A DNA stretch of 64,000 nt from an uncultured Bacteroidales bacterium (GTDB taxonomy: Bacteria; Bacteroidota; Bacteroidia; Bacteroidales; GCA-2748055): assembly GCA_963763215.1 (NCBI GenBank), contig CAVXNX010000023.1:110260-174259 (forward strand). Direction: 5' to 3'. Each line of letters opens with the position of its first letter. Position 1 is the stretch's first letter. Of this stretch, positions 54,267 to 64,000 are shown in pieces. The position numbers were made by a program, and so were the translations under genes. Below the pieces are notes generated by a model, which was given only the letters and a program-made list of their open reading frames with translations, did not search any database and was not told the DNA's origin.

Positions 54267-54808
54267 TTATGAGGGGTATCCGGAGCCGGCCGAGGGATGA
54301 TGAGGCGATGATCCTGACCCGGTTTCCAGGATAAAATAGGTCCAGTCAAACGGATTTTCCCCGTCGGCCTGGAAATGACGTTGCGAGATGATCCGGTAGT
54401 CCTGCGAACCGGATGGGGGGGTAGAAGGTATCTCCCTCAACATCCGTCCCGATGACGGTGATGTAGATCCGGTCGACCCGGTCAAGGGTTTGCCGGTAAA
54501 TTTCCCCGCCGCCCACGATAAAGGCTTCTTCTTCACCCGAGTCTGCGGCCAGCCGGATCGCCTCATCGATACTGTTTACGGATAACGGCATCCGCGGGCC
54601 GGAAATCCGCCCTTCGCGTGATCACGATATTTTCCCTTCCCGGAAGCGCCTTTTTATTGGCTTCGTAATTTTTCCGGCCCATGATCACCACATGACCCAT
54701 GGTCACATCATGAAAATACCGGGCATCGGCTGGCATCTTCCAGGGAAGCCGGTTGTCGCGTCCGATGACGAAATTCCGGGAAACGGCAACGATATGTGAA
54801 AGGATCAT
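54267..54808 (-). pseudogene. folA: Dihydrofolate reductase, two frame breaks
   Basis: IVAVSRNFVIGRDNRLPWKMPADARYFHDVTMGHVVIMGRKNYE (54563..54808), then FIVGGGEIYRQTLDRVDRIYITVI (54346..54591), then the C-terminal piece in 54267..54566. Confidence 0.8.
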
Positions 54809-55033
54809 CCGTAAATTTTAAGGTAAAAATACGTCATGAAGACGGAGGAATCAAGAATTAGGCCGGTTCGGCTTTTATTATGCATCCGTGACATCCGTCC
54901 CCGATCCGGCCTCCAATTTAGATTAAGAACCATGAAATAATAGATTAAAGACCTGGCATTCAAAGAGTAAAATGTTTTGATTAATTTAGATCAAATCTGA
55001 ATTCAGGTCGGGCTATCTAAAATATTCTTCGTA

Positions 55034-55095
55034 TTGTTATTGAATTCACAAATAACGGATATCTTTGAGATCGATTATTGTTATCAAAATAACAA
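55034..55095 (+). promoter_or_regulatory. Two candidate Rex-type operators upstream of the hydrogenase operon
   Basis: TTGTTAT-TGAA-TTCACAA at 55034-55051 and the perfect palindrome TTGTTAT-CAAA-ATAACAA at 55078-55095, 44 nt before the hydC ATG. Compare with the published Rex consensus TTGTGAA-N4-TTCACAA and the clostridial variant TTGTTAA-N4-TTAACAA. Confidence 0.4.
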
Positions 55096-55138
55096 TATAC
55101 AGAAATCGAATATTAACCACGTAAAAATTTAGCTCACT

Positions 55139-55603
55139 ATGTCGGCAAAGGAAAATCTTGTCAGAGAACTTGCAGATAAGCACGGACGAAAAAGGGAGAA
55201 CCTGATCCCGATCCTGCAGGACCTGGTTGAAGAGAACCATTACCTGGATGAAGCTTCTCTTGTTTCAGTGGCCAGGGAACTGGATATTGCAGCGGCAGAA
55301 GTCTATGGTACCGCATCCTTTTATTCTTTCCTTGATACGGAGGAGAGGGGGCAGTATATCATCCGGATCTGTAAAACCATCAGTTGTACCATGAAAGGGA
55401 AAATCGAAGTTTTGCAGACCATCCAGGACACCTTGAAGATCAAGGTCGGAGAAACAACCTCGGACAAAAAATTCAGTCTCCTGGAGACCAACTGCATCGG
55501 GTGGTGCCATAAAGCGCCGGCCATGCTGATCAACGATACGCCTTATACGGAGCTCACTCCGATGAAAGTCACCGAGATCTTACAGGAATACCTCAGAAAA
55601 TAG
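55139..55603 (+). CDS. hydC: NuoE-like [2Fe-2S] subunit of a multimeric [FeFe]-hydrogenase
   Basis: 154-aa thioredoxin-like ferredoxin: LIPILQDLVEENHYL, ICKTISCTMKG, CIGWCHKAPAMLIN. Confidence 0.8.
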   Translation: MSAKENLVRELADKHGRKRENLIPILQDLVEENHYLDEASLVSVARELDIAAAEVYGTASFYSFLDTEERGQYIIRICKTISCTMKGKIEVLQTIQDTLKIKVGETTSDKKFSLLETNCIGWCHKAPAMLINDTPYTELTPMKVTEILQEYLRK

Positions 55604-55708
55604 AGGATCAATTTACCGCTAACGGGAGTAGGGCGGATCTGCAGGAGGCAAAGGAAGGCTGGAAACCTGTCATCCCGCAAAATCTCCAAAAAAATAAATG
55701 ATCAACGT

Positions 55709-56870
55709 ATGAAAACTGCAACATTAAAACGCGTCGACCTCATCTTCGAAAAATGCAATACAAAGGATATCCTGGCCAAGGCATTTAAAATGAAGCCCGA
55801 CCAGATCCAGAAAGAGATCCTGGATTCCGGTCTTCGTGGTCGTGGCGGGGCAGGATTTCCAACCGGGCTGAAATGGAAATTCACCGCTGCTGAAAAAGAA
55901 CCGGAAAAATACATCGTATGTAACGCCGATGAAGGTGAACCCGGCACATTCAAGGACCGGCAGATCCTGGATGAAGTGCCCAGGAAAGTTTTCGCCGGAA
56001 TGGCCATTGCCAGTAAGGCCATTGGTGCCAAAACAGGATACATTTACCTGCGTGGGGAATACAAGTTCCTCGTGCCCAAACTGCAGTGAAGAGTTAGATC
56101 TTTTCCACAGCCTGGTCAAAGAACTGGGCCATGATTTTCATATTCACCTCCGCCTTGGCAGTGGCGCTTACATCTGCGGGGAGGAAAGCGCGCTCTTCGA
56201 ATCCATCGAAGGAAAAAGGGGAGAGCCCAGAAACAAGCCGCCCTATCCCACCATGTCCGGATTATTCGGAAAGCCCACGGCCATCAACAATGTGGAAACG
56301 CTTGTCTACACGGTGATGATCCTTGCGCATGGATCCCAGCATTTTAAAGATATGGGAACTTCCGATTCCAGGGGATCCAAGGTATTTTCCATTTCAGGTG
56401 ACACCCCCAAACCGGGTATCTACGAGCTTGAGCTGGGGATGACCGTCGACAGGTTTGTCGAGGAATTCGGCGACGGCGACACCAAGGCTGTCCAGGTCGG
56501 CGGCGCTTCCGGGTTCTGTGTACCGCGGAAAAAATTCAAGGATACCATCATCGGCTTCGAGGGCGTCCCCACAGGCGGTTCGATGAAACTTTTCAACAGT
56601 TCGAGGTCGATGTATAACGTGTTGCACAATTACCTGGATTTCTTCTCCGAAGAGTCATGCGGCCAGTGCACCCCTTGCCGGGTGGGATGTCAGCAACTTC
56701 TTAAAGGGATCGAAGCGGTCAAAAAAGGGGAAAAGAATTCCCGTTACCTGGATGAACTGATCAAGCTTGCCGGAACCATGAAGATGGCATCAAAATGCGG
56801 ACTGGGCCAATCGGTGGGCAATGCCTTTAAATCCATCGTCCGGAATTTCAGGGAAGAAATCATTTATTAA
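55709..56870 (+). pseudogene. hydB: NuoF-like NAD(P)H-binding flavoprotein subunit, one frame break near 56040-56090
   Basis: GLRGRGGAGFPTGLKWKF, VCNADEGEPGTFKDR, GSGAYICGEESALFESIEG, and the 4Fe-4S motif ESCGQCTPCRVG. About 387 codons, with no extra ferredoxin domains. Confidence 0.8.
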
Positions 56871-56894
56871 TTCACGAAAAAAAGCGTTAACATC

Positions 56895-58678
56895 ATGATA
56901 AACCTTAAAGTAAACGGATTGCCGGTTTCGGTGGAAGAAGGATCCACCATTCTGGAAGCGGCAAAAAAACTCAATTTCAGGATTCCCACGCTGTGTTATC
57001 ACCAGGACCTCTGCATTGCGGGAAATTGCCGGGTGTGCGTGGTTGAGCAGGTGGGTGGAAAAGCGCTCGTCGCTGCATGTGCCGTTCCCGTTTCCGAAGG
57101 GATGGAGATTAACACCAACAGCCTCAAAGTCAGATCGGCACGCAAACATATTATCGAACTGCTGCTGTCTGAGCACAATGCCGACTGTACCAAATGCTAC
57201 AAAAACGGCAGTTGTGAACTCCAGGCACTGGCCAATGAATACAGCGTCGGTGATCACCTTTTTATTGACCTGGTGAACGGTCATGAACGCATGATCGACA
57301 TCACTTCGCCTTCCATCATGAAGGACGACAGCAAATGCATCCGCTGCCAGCGATGCGTGAGGACCTGCGCCGAACTTCAGGGCGTTCATGCCCTGGCCGT
57401 GGCAAATAAAGGAGCTGAACAGAAGATCAGCAGCTTCTTCAACAAGACGATGCACGAGATTGTGTGCACCAACTGCGGACAGTGCATCAACCGTTGCCCC
57501 ACCGGCGCCCTGGTCGAACGAAATTATATCGAAGAAGTCTGGGATGCCATCCTCGATCCGGAAAAACATGTCGTGGTCCAAACAGCCCCGGCTGTCAGGG
57601 TAGGTCTGGGCGAAGCCCTCGGTCTGCCTGCCGGGGAAAGGGTTACCGGCAAAATGGTCGCCGCCCTGAAAAGACTGGGCTTCGACAGTGTTCTCGACAC
57701 CGATTTCACGGCCGACCTGACGATCATGGAAGAAGGCACCGAACTTTTGACCCGCCTGAAGAAAGTGCTTGTCGATAAGGACGACTCCGTCGCCCTGCCC
57801 CTGACAACCTCCTGCTCACCCGGGTGGATCAAATTTATCGAACATATCTTTCCCGATCACCTGAAAAATGTCTCTTCATGCAAATCGCCGCAGCAAATGT
57901 TCGGTGCACTGGCCAAGACCTACTATGCCCAGAAGCGAAAACTCGATCCGGCAAAAATCGTCAGCGTGTCCATCATGCCCTGTACGGCCAAGAAATTTGA
58001 AGCCGACCGGCCCGAGATGCGATCCAGCGGGTATAAGGATGTCGACTATGTGCTGACCACCCGCGAACTGGCCAGGATGATCAGGCAGGCCGGGATCAAT
58101 TTCAACCGGCTCGACGACATGACCTTATGACAGCATCATGGGTGAATCGACCGGTGCAGCGGTGATTTTCGGCGCAACCGGCGGGGTTATGGAAGCGGCC
58201 TTGAGGACGGCCTACGAACTGGTCACCGGCAGGGAAGTGCCCTTCAAGGATTTGAATATCACTGCCGGTACGTGGTATGGAAGGCGTGAGGGAAGCATCC
58301 GTGAAAATCGAGGGTTGCAAGCCGGAATGGAATTTCCTCGAAGGAGTTGAGCTGAAATGTGCCGTGGCCCACGGACTGGTCAATGCACGGGAAGTCATGA
58401 AGGCGGTTCAAGAGAAAAAGGCCAACTACCATTTCGTCGAAATCATGGCCTGCCCCGGCGGATGCCTGGGCGGCGGCGGTCAGCCCATCCCCACCAATGC
58501 TAAGATCCGCGATAAAAGAGCCAAAGCCATTTATGATGAAGATATGGGCATGCCACTGAGGAAATCGCATGAAAATCCCGAAGTTCTGCAGGTGTACAAG
58601 GAATTTCTCGGCGAACCCAATGGCCATCGCTCCCATGAGCTTCTTCATACCCATTATACTGAGCGCAACCAGTACTAA
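56895..58678 (+). pseudogene. hydA: [FeFe]-hydrogenase catalytic subunit, two frame breaks (about 58125 and 58265)
   Basis: N-terminal 2Fe-2S and 4Fe-4S domains (CYHQDLCIAGNCRVCVVE, CIRCQRCVRTC, CTNCGQCINRCP). H-cluster motifs TSCSPGW, MPCTAKKFE and EIMACPGGCLGGGGQP. The middle piece is ORF 58138..58350. Confidence 0.9.
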
Positions 58679-58703
58679 CCAGCGACTATTGTGTTTAATC
58701 GTG

Positions 58704-58735
58704 AAGGCTGCTTCCCTGCGAGGCAGCCTTTTTTT
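58704..58735 (+). terminator. Rho-independent terminator after hydA
   Basis: AAGGCTGC (58704-58711) pairs with GCAGCCTT (58723-58730), followed by a T run to 58735. Confidence 0.7.
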
Positions 58736-58965
58736 ATGCACAAAATGAACAGTTTAAGGTCGTAAACAGTTACTCATTGGGTTGTTTGTATGCTTATTCC
58801 GGTCAATGACAGCGGATTTCCCGGATATTTCCTGTGGTTCCCAGGAACGCCTTGATGATGTCGGTAAAGCAGGAGATGGCCGGAAAATACGCTGGCGTCG
58901 ACCGGATATATCATGCCTCACTTCGTACCGCAAGAATAATCAACACACCAATGAGATGAATAAAC

Positions 58966-60248
58966 GTGTCCTTATTTTCGAGCCTGTTTGCCCTCCTTCT
59001 CGCAGGGTGTTCTCCATCCAATTCCTCAGTCAAACAGTCTGCTTCACAATTTATCGATTCCACATTGACGTTGCCGGGCGGTTTTACGGCATATGTTGTA
59101 GCCGAAAATCTTGGTCACGGAAGGCATATCGCCGTTAACGACAACGGGGATATCTATGTCTCACTCAGCAATCTGAAAAATAAAAATGGGATCGTCGGTC
59201 TGCGCGACACCAACGGAGACGGAAATGCCGACAGTATTGCCTACTTCGGCGATTATCCCGGAACAGGGATCGGCATTCATAAAGGTTACCTCTATTTCAG
59301 TTCCGATGAAGAGGTGATGCGTTACAAAATGAAGGAAGGTCAGCTCGTTCCCAATCCAATCCGTGAACTGATCGCCACCGGTTTTCCCGAACAGCATCAG
59401 CATGCCACCAAAACGTTCACCTTTGATGATGACGGGAACATGTACGTTAATGTCGGCGCCCCTTCCAATGCCTGCATGGAACAGACCCGTACCAAGGGTT
59501 CTCCGGGAATGGATCCCTGTCCCCTGCTGGAATGTGCATGCCGGAATCTGGCGTTTCGCCGATGACAAAATCTCACAGCAACAGGAAGGCGACGGTTACC
59601 GCTATGCCACAGGAATCCGCAATGCGGTGGCCATCACCTGGAATCACGAACAGAATCACCTCTACATCGTGCAGCATGGAAGGGACCAGCTTTACCAGTT
59701 CTTTCCCGACCTCTACACCGCTCAACAGGGTGCCGAACTTCCGGCTGAGGAATTTTTCCTCCTGCAGGACGGTATCCGACTGCGGATGGCCATATTGCTA
59801 TTATGATGAATTTCAGCAAAAAAAAGTGCTGGCACCGGAATACGGTGGCGACGGGAAGAAGGTTGGCCGGTGTGAAGGCAAGACCGATCCCATCCTGGCC
59901 TTTCCGGGACATCTCGCTCCCAACGACCTGCTTTTCTATACCGGCGACCAGTTCCCCGATAAATACAAACACGGCGCCTTTATCGCCTTCCATGGTTCGT
60001 GGAACCGCAGCCCCGAGCCCCAGGAAGGATTTTATGTGGCTTTCGTACCGTTCAAAGGTGACTATCCTTCCGGGAAATGGGAGGTTTTTGCCAATGGCTT
60101 TGCTGAAACGGACACCATCAGAAGCCCGGGAGATGCCAAATACCGGCCTTGCGGTCTCGCCCAGGGGCCCGACGGATCCCTTTTTGTTGTCGACTCCAAT
60201 GAAGGGAAAGTATGGAGGATCGCTTATAATATGAATGAAAACCAATAA
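58966..60248 (+). pseudogene. PQQ-dependent (sorbosone/soluble glucose dehydrogenase-like) beta-propeller dehydrogenase, frame-broken
   Basis: The lipoprotein-like N-terminus MSLFSSLFALLLAGCS and the beta-propeller stretches GRHIAVNDNGDIYVS and DDDGNMYVNVGAPSNAC are in 58966..59565. The gene continues in 59402..59806 and 59532..60248 (GLAQGPDGSLFVVDSNEGKVWRI). Confidence 0.65.
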
Positions 60249-60294
60249 ACGGAGCCGGAACGGTTGAACGGTTCCTTACCAATAATCCCAGAAG

Positions 60295-60816
60295 ATGAAG
60301 TGTATGAAAACCGAAAGAAGAGCTTACCCTGGCGCCATCGTCGCCCTTTCCTGCCTGGCCCTGATTTTTCTTTCTGGCTGGGACCATCATACTGGCGAAG
60401 CGAAAACACGCCCCGGTGACGGGATCATCGGGGAAACCCTGTTGGCCCCGGTGATGGTCCGGCAAACCATTCCCAAAGAGGTCATGGACCGGGGCGCCGC
60501 GGTCTATAAAGCCAACTGCCTGGCCTGCCACCAGGCTGACGGTTCGGGAAACCCGGGCATGTTCCCCCCGCTGGAGGGGACAAAAATCGTCCTGGGTGAA
60601 AAAGAAAAGCTGATCGGCATCGTGCTTCACGGGCTTTCCGGTGAAGTGGAGGTCAAGGGTGAAACGTACTACCAGGCGATGCCGCCGCAGAATTTTCTCT
60701 CCGATCAGCAGATCGCCGACGTTCTGACTTATGTCCGGAACAGTTTCGGCAACAAAGCGTCACAGGTGACCTCCGGAGAAGTGAAAGCAGTACGGGCGAA
60801 AAAACCTCAGTCGTAA
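60295..60816 (+). CDS. Class I c-type cytochrome
   Basis: CLACH haem motif in GAAVYKANCLACHQADGSG, with the distal Met context YYQAMPP. N-terminal anchor. Confidence 0.8.
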   Translation: MKCMKTERRAYPGAIVALSCLALIFLSGWDHHTGEAKTRPGDGIIGETLLAPVMVRQTIPKEVMDRGAAVYKANCLACHQADGSGNPGMFPPLEGTKIVLGEKEKLIGIVLHGLSGEVEVKGETYYQAMPPQNFLSDQQIADVLTYVRNSFGNKASQVTSGEVKAVRAKKPQS

Positions 60817-61301
60817 AGGGCCAGATATTCGTAGGAATTCCCGGTCGCCTCCAGGTATTTCCCGAAATCACTGCCGGAAAGCACCAGGGTTGACGTGTTT
60901 TCATTCGGGTGAAAGCTGATCTTTTCGGCCCCCTTCAGCTTCTCGTCCAGAAAAACATGGACGTGATTTTCTTTGTCGTTGATCAGTCCGAAGACGGAAA
61001 CCGATCCGGGTTTGATCCCCAGATACCGCAGCATCCTCTCCCCGGAGGCAAAACTCAGCTTTCCCTGCCTCAGCCGTTTTTCCAGGTCATGAATATCGAG
61101 CTGCCTCGAATGTTCGAGGATAACAAGGTAATGCCTGTTCCCTTTGTGATTCCGGAAGAACAGGTTCTTGCAATGCGTGGCGCGGATGTTGCGCCAGTAT
61201 TTTATCGCTTCCTCAATGGTCGGAAGGGGCGGATGCTCATACAGTTCAAACGGGATCCCCAGCCCGTTGAGGTAGCGGATAACGATTTCTCTTTCTTCCA
61301 T
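60807..61301 (-). CDS. YbaK/ProX-type prolyl-tRNA editing domain protein
   Basis: MEEREIVIRYLNGLGIPFELYEHPP, HCKNLFFRN and GIKPGSVSVFGLIND. Start chosen at the internal Met of ORF 60807..61376. Confidence 0.75.
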   Translation of the reverse strand: MEEREIVIRYLNGLGIPFELYEHPPLPTIEEAIKYWRNIRATHCKNLFFRNHKGNRHYLVILEHSRQLDIHDLEKRLRQGKLSFASGERMLRYLGIKPGSVSVFGLINDKENHVHVFLDEKLKGAEKISFHPNENTSTLVLSGSDFGKYLEATGNSYEYLALYD

Positions 61302-61424
61302 AGATCGAATGGCTCCTGGCAAAAGTAAGGACTTTTTGCCGCCGGGACAACGCCGTTTGCTGACATCATCATTCATAAAGAACGGATTCGTTATTTAAAT
61401 AATTCTTAAATTTGGCCAACTTTT

Positions 61425-63270
61425 TTGATGATGCGCGACAGACTGTTGTTTTTCCTGCGGTACTACGTTTTCTGGATCGTGGTTTTCATCACCCAGAAAA
61501 TTCTTTTTATGCTCTTCAATTACAGGGAATCCCTGGAGCTGAAGTTGGGCACGTGGTTTCTGGTGATCTGGAACGGGCTGAAACTGGATCTGTCGGCCGG
61601 AGCCTATATCCTTTTCATCCCCGCCCTGGTCATTGCTGCCGGTGTCCTGACGGGCCCGGGCTTCATCCGAAGGTTCCTGAACATCTATACTGCGGTGATC
61701 CTTTTCATCGTCCTGTCCCTGGGTGTGGTCGATATGGATCTTTATTCGTACTGGGGTTTCAGGCTCGATATCACACCGCTGCTTTATCTGAAAACGCCCG
61801 GTGAAGCCTTGGCCTCGGTCGGTTTTCTTGAAATCGTCCTGTTTCTCCTTTTACTGGCCGTCCTCTTTGCCGGATTTTACCGTCTTTACCGAAAGGGTGT
61901 CCGGCCCGGCGTCATCCGGACAGACAGGGAATGGTGGCTGATCGCCCCGTCATTTCTCCTCATGACAGGTTTGCTGGTCATCCCGGCCCGGGGCGGGTTT
62001 GGGATTGCGCCGATGAATGTCGGCTCGGTCTACTTCAGCCCGGTACGGTTCGCCAACCACAGCGCCATCAACGTCCTCTGGAATACGCTTTATTCGGTCA
62101 CCGAACGAAAGAAACTCAGTGAAAACCATCATTTTATGGACGACGATCGGGCCCGCCAAATCGTTGACTCGCTGATGCAGGAACCCGGCCGGCCCGATAC
62201 GGCGGTCATTAAACCGCGGGCCAATGTCATGCTGATCATCCTGGAAAGCTTTTCCGACAAGATCATTTCAGCCCTCGGGGGCGAAAGCGGTGTGACCCCC
62301 ACGATGAATAAGCTCTGCCAGGGAAAGGGAACCCTGGTCTTTCCGAATTTTTATGCCAGCGGTGACAGGTCCGATAAGGGAATGATCAGCATCTTCAGCG
62401 GATTTCCTGCACAACCCACCACGTCCATCATGGTTTATCCCGCAAAATCGGAAAACCTGCCCTTCCTGTACCGGGATTTTTCGAAGATGAACTACAACAC
62501 TGCGTTTTATTACGGCGGCGACCTGGATTTCGCCAACTTCAGGGCCTACTTCTCCAATCCCTATATCGAACGGCTGGTGACGGTCAATGAATTTCCCCGA
62601 TTCACTGGCCATGCAGAAATGGGGCGTTCCCGATGAATATCCTTTTTCACCGCATTTTGCAGGATATCGATACGACCAAAGGGCCGTTCTTCTATTCCTG
62701 TTTCACCCTGAGCAGTCATGAACCTTTCGATGTGCCCATGAAACCCGTTTTCGGTGCCGATACCAGGGACAACCTCTGCCGGAATTCATTCTATTATACC
62801 GACAAATGTCTCGGTGATTTCCTCGACAGCGCCAGGAACCCGCCCGTGGTGGGACAATACCCTGATCATCATCGTTGCCGATCATGGTTCACGAAGTCCC
62901 GGAGACACTCCCAACCATGTGGAAAAAAAATTCAGGATCCCGATGATCTGGACCGGCGGTGCCCTCCTGAAAGACGGTGTGATGCGCAAAACAGCCAGCC
63001 AGACCGATATCCCGGCGACCCTCCTCGACCGGTTCGGGTTTACCCATGATGAATACACCTATCTCGAAAGACATCCTGAACCCCGAAGGTCCGTCCTTTG
63101 CCTTTTATGCCTTCAATAACGGGTTCGGTTTCAAGACGGACAGCAGCTTTGTCATCTGGGACAATGACTATGGCAAGGCTATCGAAACACAGGGAAAAGA
63201 CCCGGGTTCGGCGATCCGGGAAGGAAAAGCATTTTTACAGGTATTATCGGCAGACTTTCTTTCAAAATAA
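61425..63270 (+). pseudogene. LTA-synthase / sulfatase-family membrane protein, at least two frame breaks
   Basis: Five N-terminal TM segments, then a sulfatase-type domain (VMLIILESFS, GDRSDKGMISIFSG). Continues in 62754..63119 (IIVADHGSRSPGD) and 63046..63270. Confidence 0.7.
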
Positions 63271-63278
63271 ATCCAAGC

Positions 63279-64000
63279 ATGCCAGCACACCGGATCACCT
63301 TCATCATTAATCCCGTTGCCGGCGGCAGGGACAAGGGGAAATTCGAACAGAAACTGAAGGCCATCTTCGGCGACGGCAACCACGAGATCGAAACAAGCTA
63401 TACCCTTTATCCGTCGCACGCCTATGAATTCGCCAGGCATGAAGCGGCGAGGGGAACGGCCATTGTCGTGGCTGTGGGGGGCGACGGGACGATCAATGAA
63501 GTGGCACGCGCCCTGATCGGTACCGATACGGTTCTCGGGGTCATCCCGTTCGGTTCGGGTAACGGATTTGCCCGTCATTTCGGCCTTCCCCTGTCGGTGA
63601 ACAAAGCGCTGAAAACACTGAAAACCGGGCACCCCCGGTCGATCGACGTCGGTTACATTAACGGCAAGCCCTTCTTTTGTACCTCGGGGATGGGCTTCGA
63701 TGCCGAGACCGGGTATTTTTTCAGCCACTATGACAAAAGAGGGTTCCTGTCGTATGCCCTCAGCTTTTTGCGGGTATTCCGCGACTATCACCCGGTAAAC
63801 TATACCATCCGGGTAAACGGAACCGTTCGGAAATTCGAAGCCTTTTTCATCAACATCGCCAACATTTCACAGTTCGGGTATCATTTCTATGTCGCACCGG
63901 GTGCTTCAACCGAGGATGGCTTTCTCGATCTCGTTGTGGTCCGGAAATTTCCCAAGTGGAAAGGACTGTTCCTGGCCTTACGGTCTTTCACGGGAACCAT
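63279..64000 (+). CDS. Diacylglycerol/lipid kinase family protein (YegS/BmrU-like), partial at the right edge
   Basis: The frame is open from the ATG at 63279 to the window end, so it is absent from the ORF track. My translation gives MPAHRITFIINPVAGG, VVAVGGDGTINEV and VIPFGSGNGFARHFG. Confidence 0.8.
   Translation, partial: MPAHRITFIINPVAGGRDKGKFEQKLKAIFGDGNHEIETSYTLYPSHAYEFARHEAARGTAIVVAVGGDGTINEVARALIGTDTVLGVIPFGSGNGFARHFGLPLSVNKALKTLKTGHPRSIDVGYINGKPFFCTSGMGFDAETGYFFSHYDKRGFLSYALSFLRVFRDYHPVNYTIRVNGTVRKFEAFFINIANISQFGYHFYVAPGASTEDGFLDLVVVRKFPKWKGLFLALRSFTGT

Noticed and set aside
1-64000. Stop-codon reassignment or programmed recoding as the cause of the fragmented genes
   Set aside because: At the junctions I checked, the adjacent pieces of each gene are in different reading frames (for example 9265 against 7794, 37482 against 37009, 38637 against 38597). 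The breaks are therefore indels, not in-frame stops, and they are far too numerous and unpatterned for programmed frameshifting.
1-64000. Mobile element, prophage or defence island somewhere in the window
   Set aside because: I found no integrase, transposase, reverse transcriptase, Cas, restriction-modification, toxin-antitoxin or phage structural motifs in any frame. Apart from a few short AT-rich intergenic and gene-end stretches (for example 11100-11460 and 54830-55140), composition looks uniform by eye.

Overview
This 64-kb chromosomal segment looks like it comes from an anaerobic member of the Bacteroidota. The supporting signs are lipoprotein-type signal peptides, an rnpA / hemD / DUF4271 neighbourhood, an ECF sigma / anti-sigma / OMP triad, a BlaR1-TonB fusion and an [FeFe]-hydrogenase operon. 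I can support about 52 protein-coding genes. They are mostly housekeeping (rnpA, hemD, deoC, mazG-like, dtd, rsgA, mnmH, folA, pepE), cell envelope (pbpC, alpha-2-macroglobulin, AsmA-family, LTA-synthase-like, several beta-barrel proteins, an ABC/FtsX/LolA-like export cluster), carbohydrate-active enzymes (GH3, GH2-like, CBM9-SGNH esterase) and regulators (ECF sigma, TetR, BlaI, two histidine kinases, one orphan receiver). I found no rRNA, tRNA, CRISPR array, transposase, integrase, phage gene or recognisable defence gene, and no clearly novel multi-gene system. The dominant technical feature is that roughly half of the recognisable genes are split into pieces in different frames. The breaks I inspected closely sit at homopolymer runs, so assembly indel error is the likeliest cause. 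The observations most worth a second look are: (1) a ~0.9-kb intergenic array of ~102-bp units, each a long inverted repeat (BIME/REP-like); (2) the alpha-2-macroglobulin / pbpC pair split by an opposite-strand lipoprotein plus beta-barrel cassette; (3) two Rex-type operator candidates upstream of a hydC-hydB-hydA operon whose HydA carries TSCSPGW instead of the canonical TSCCPxW; (4) a dihaem cytochrome c with a Met/Gly-rich linker next to a degraded beta-barrel gene; (5) short tandem repeats (11-mer, 7-mer) in two regulatory intergenic regions; (6) three phased AACTA-N6-TAGTT sites upstream of blaI-blaR1. All functional calls come from motif recognition by eye; no database search was run.
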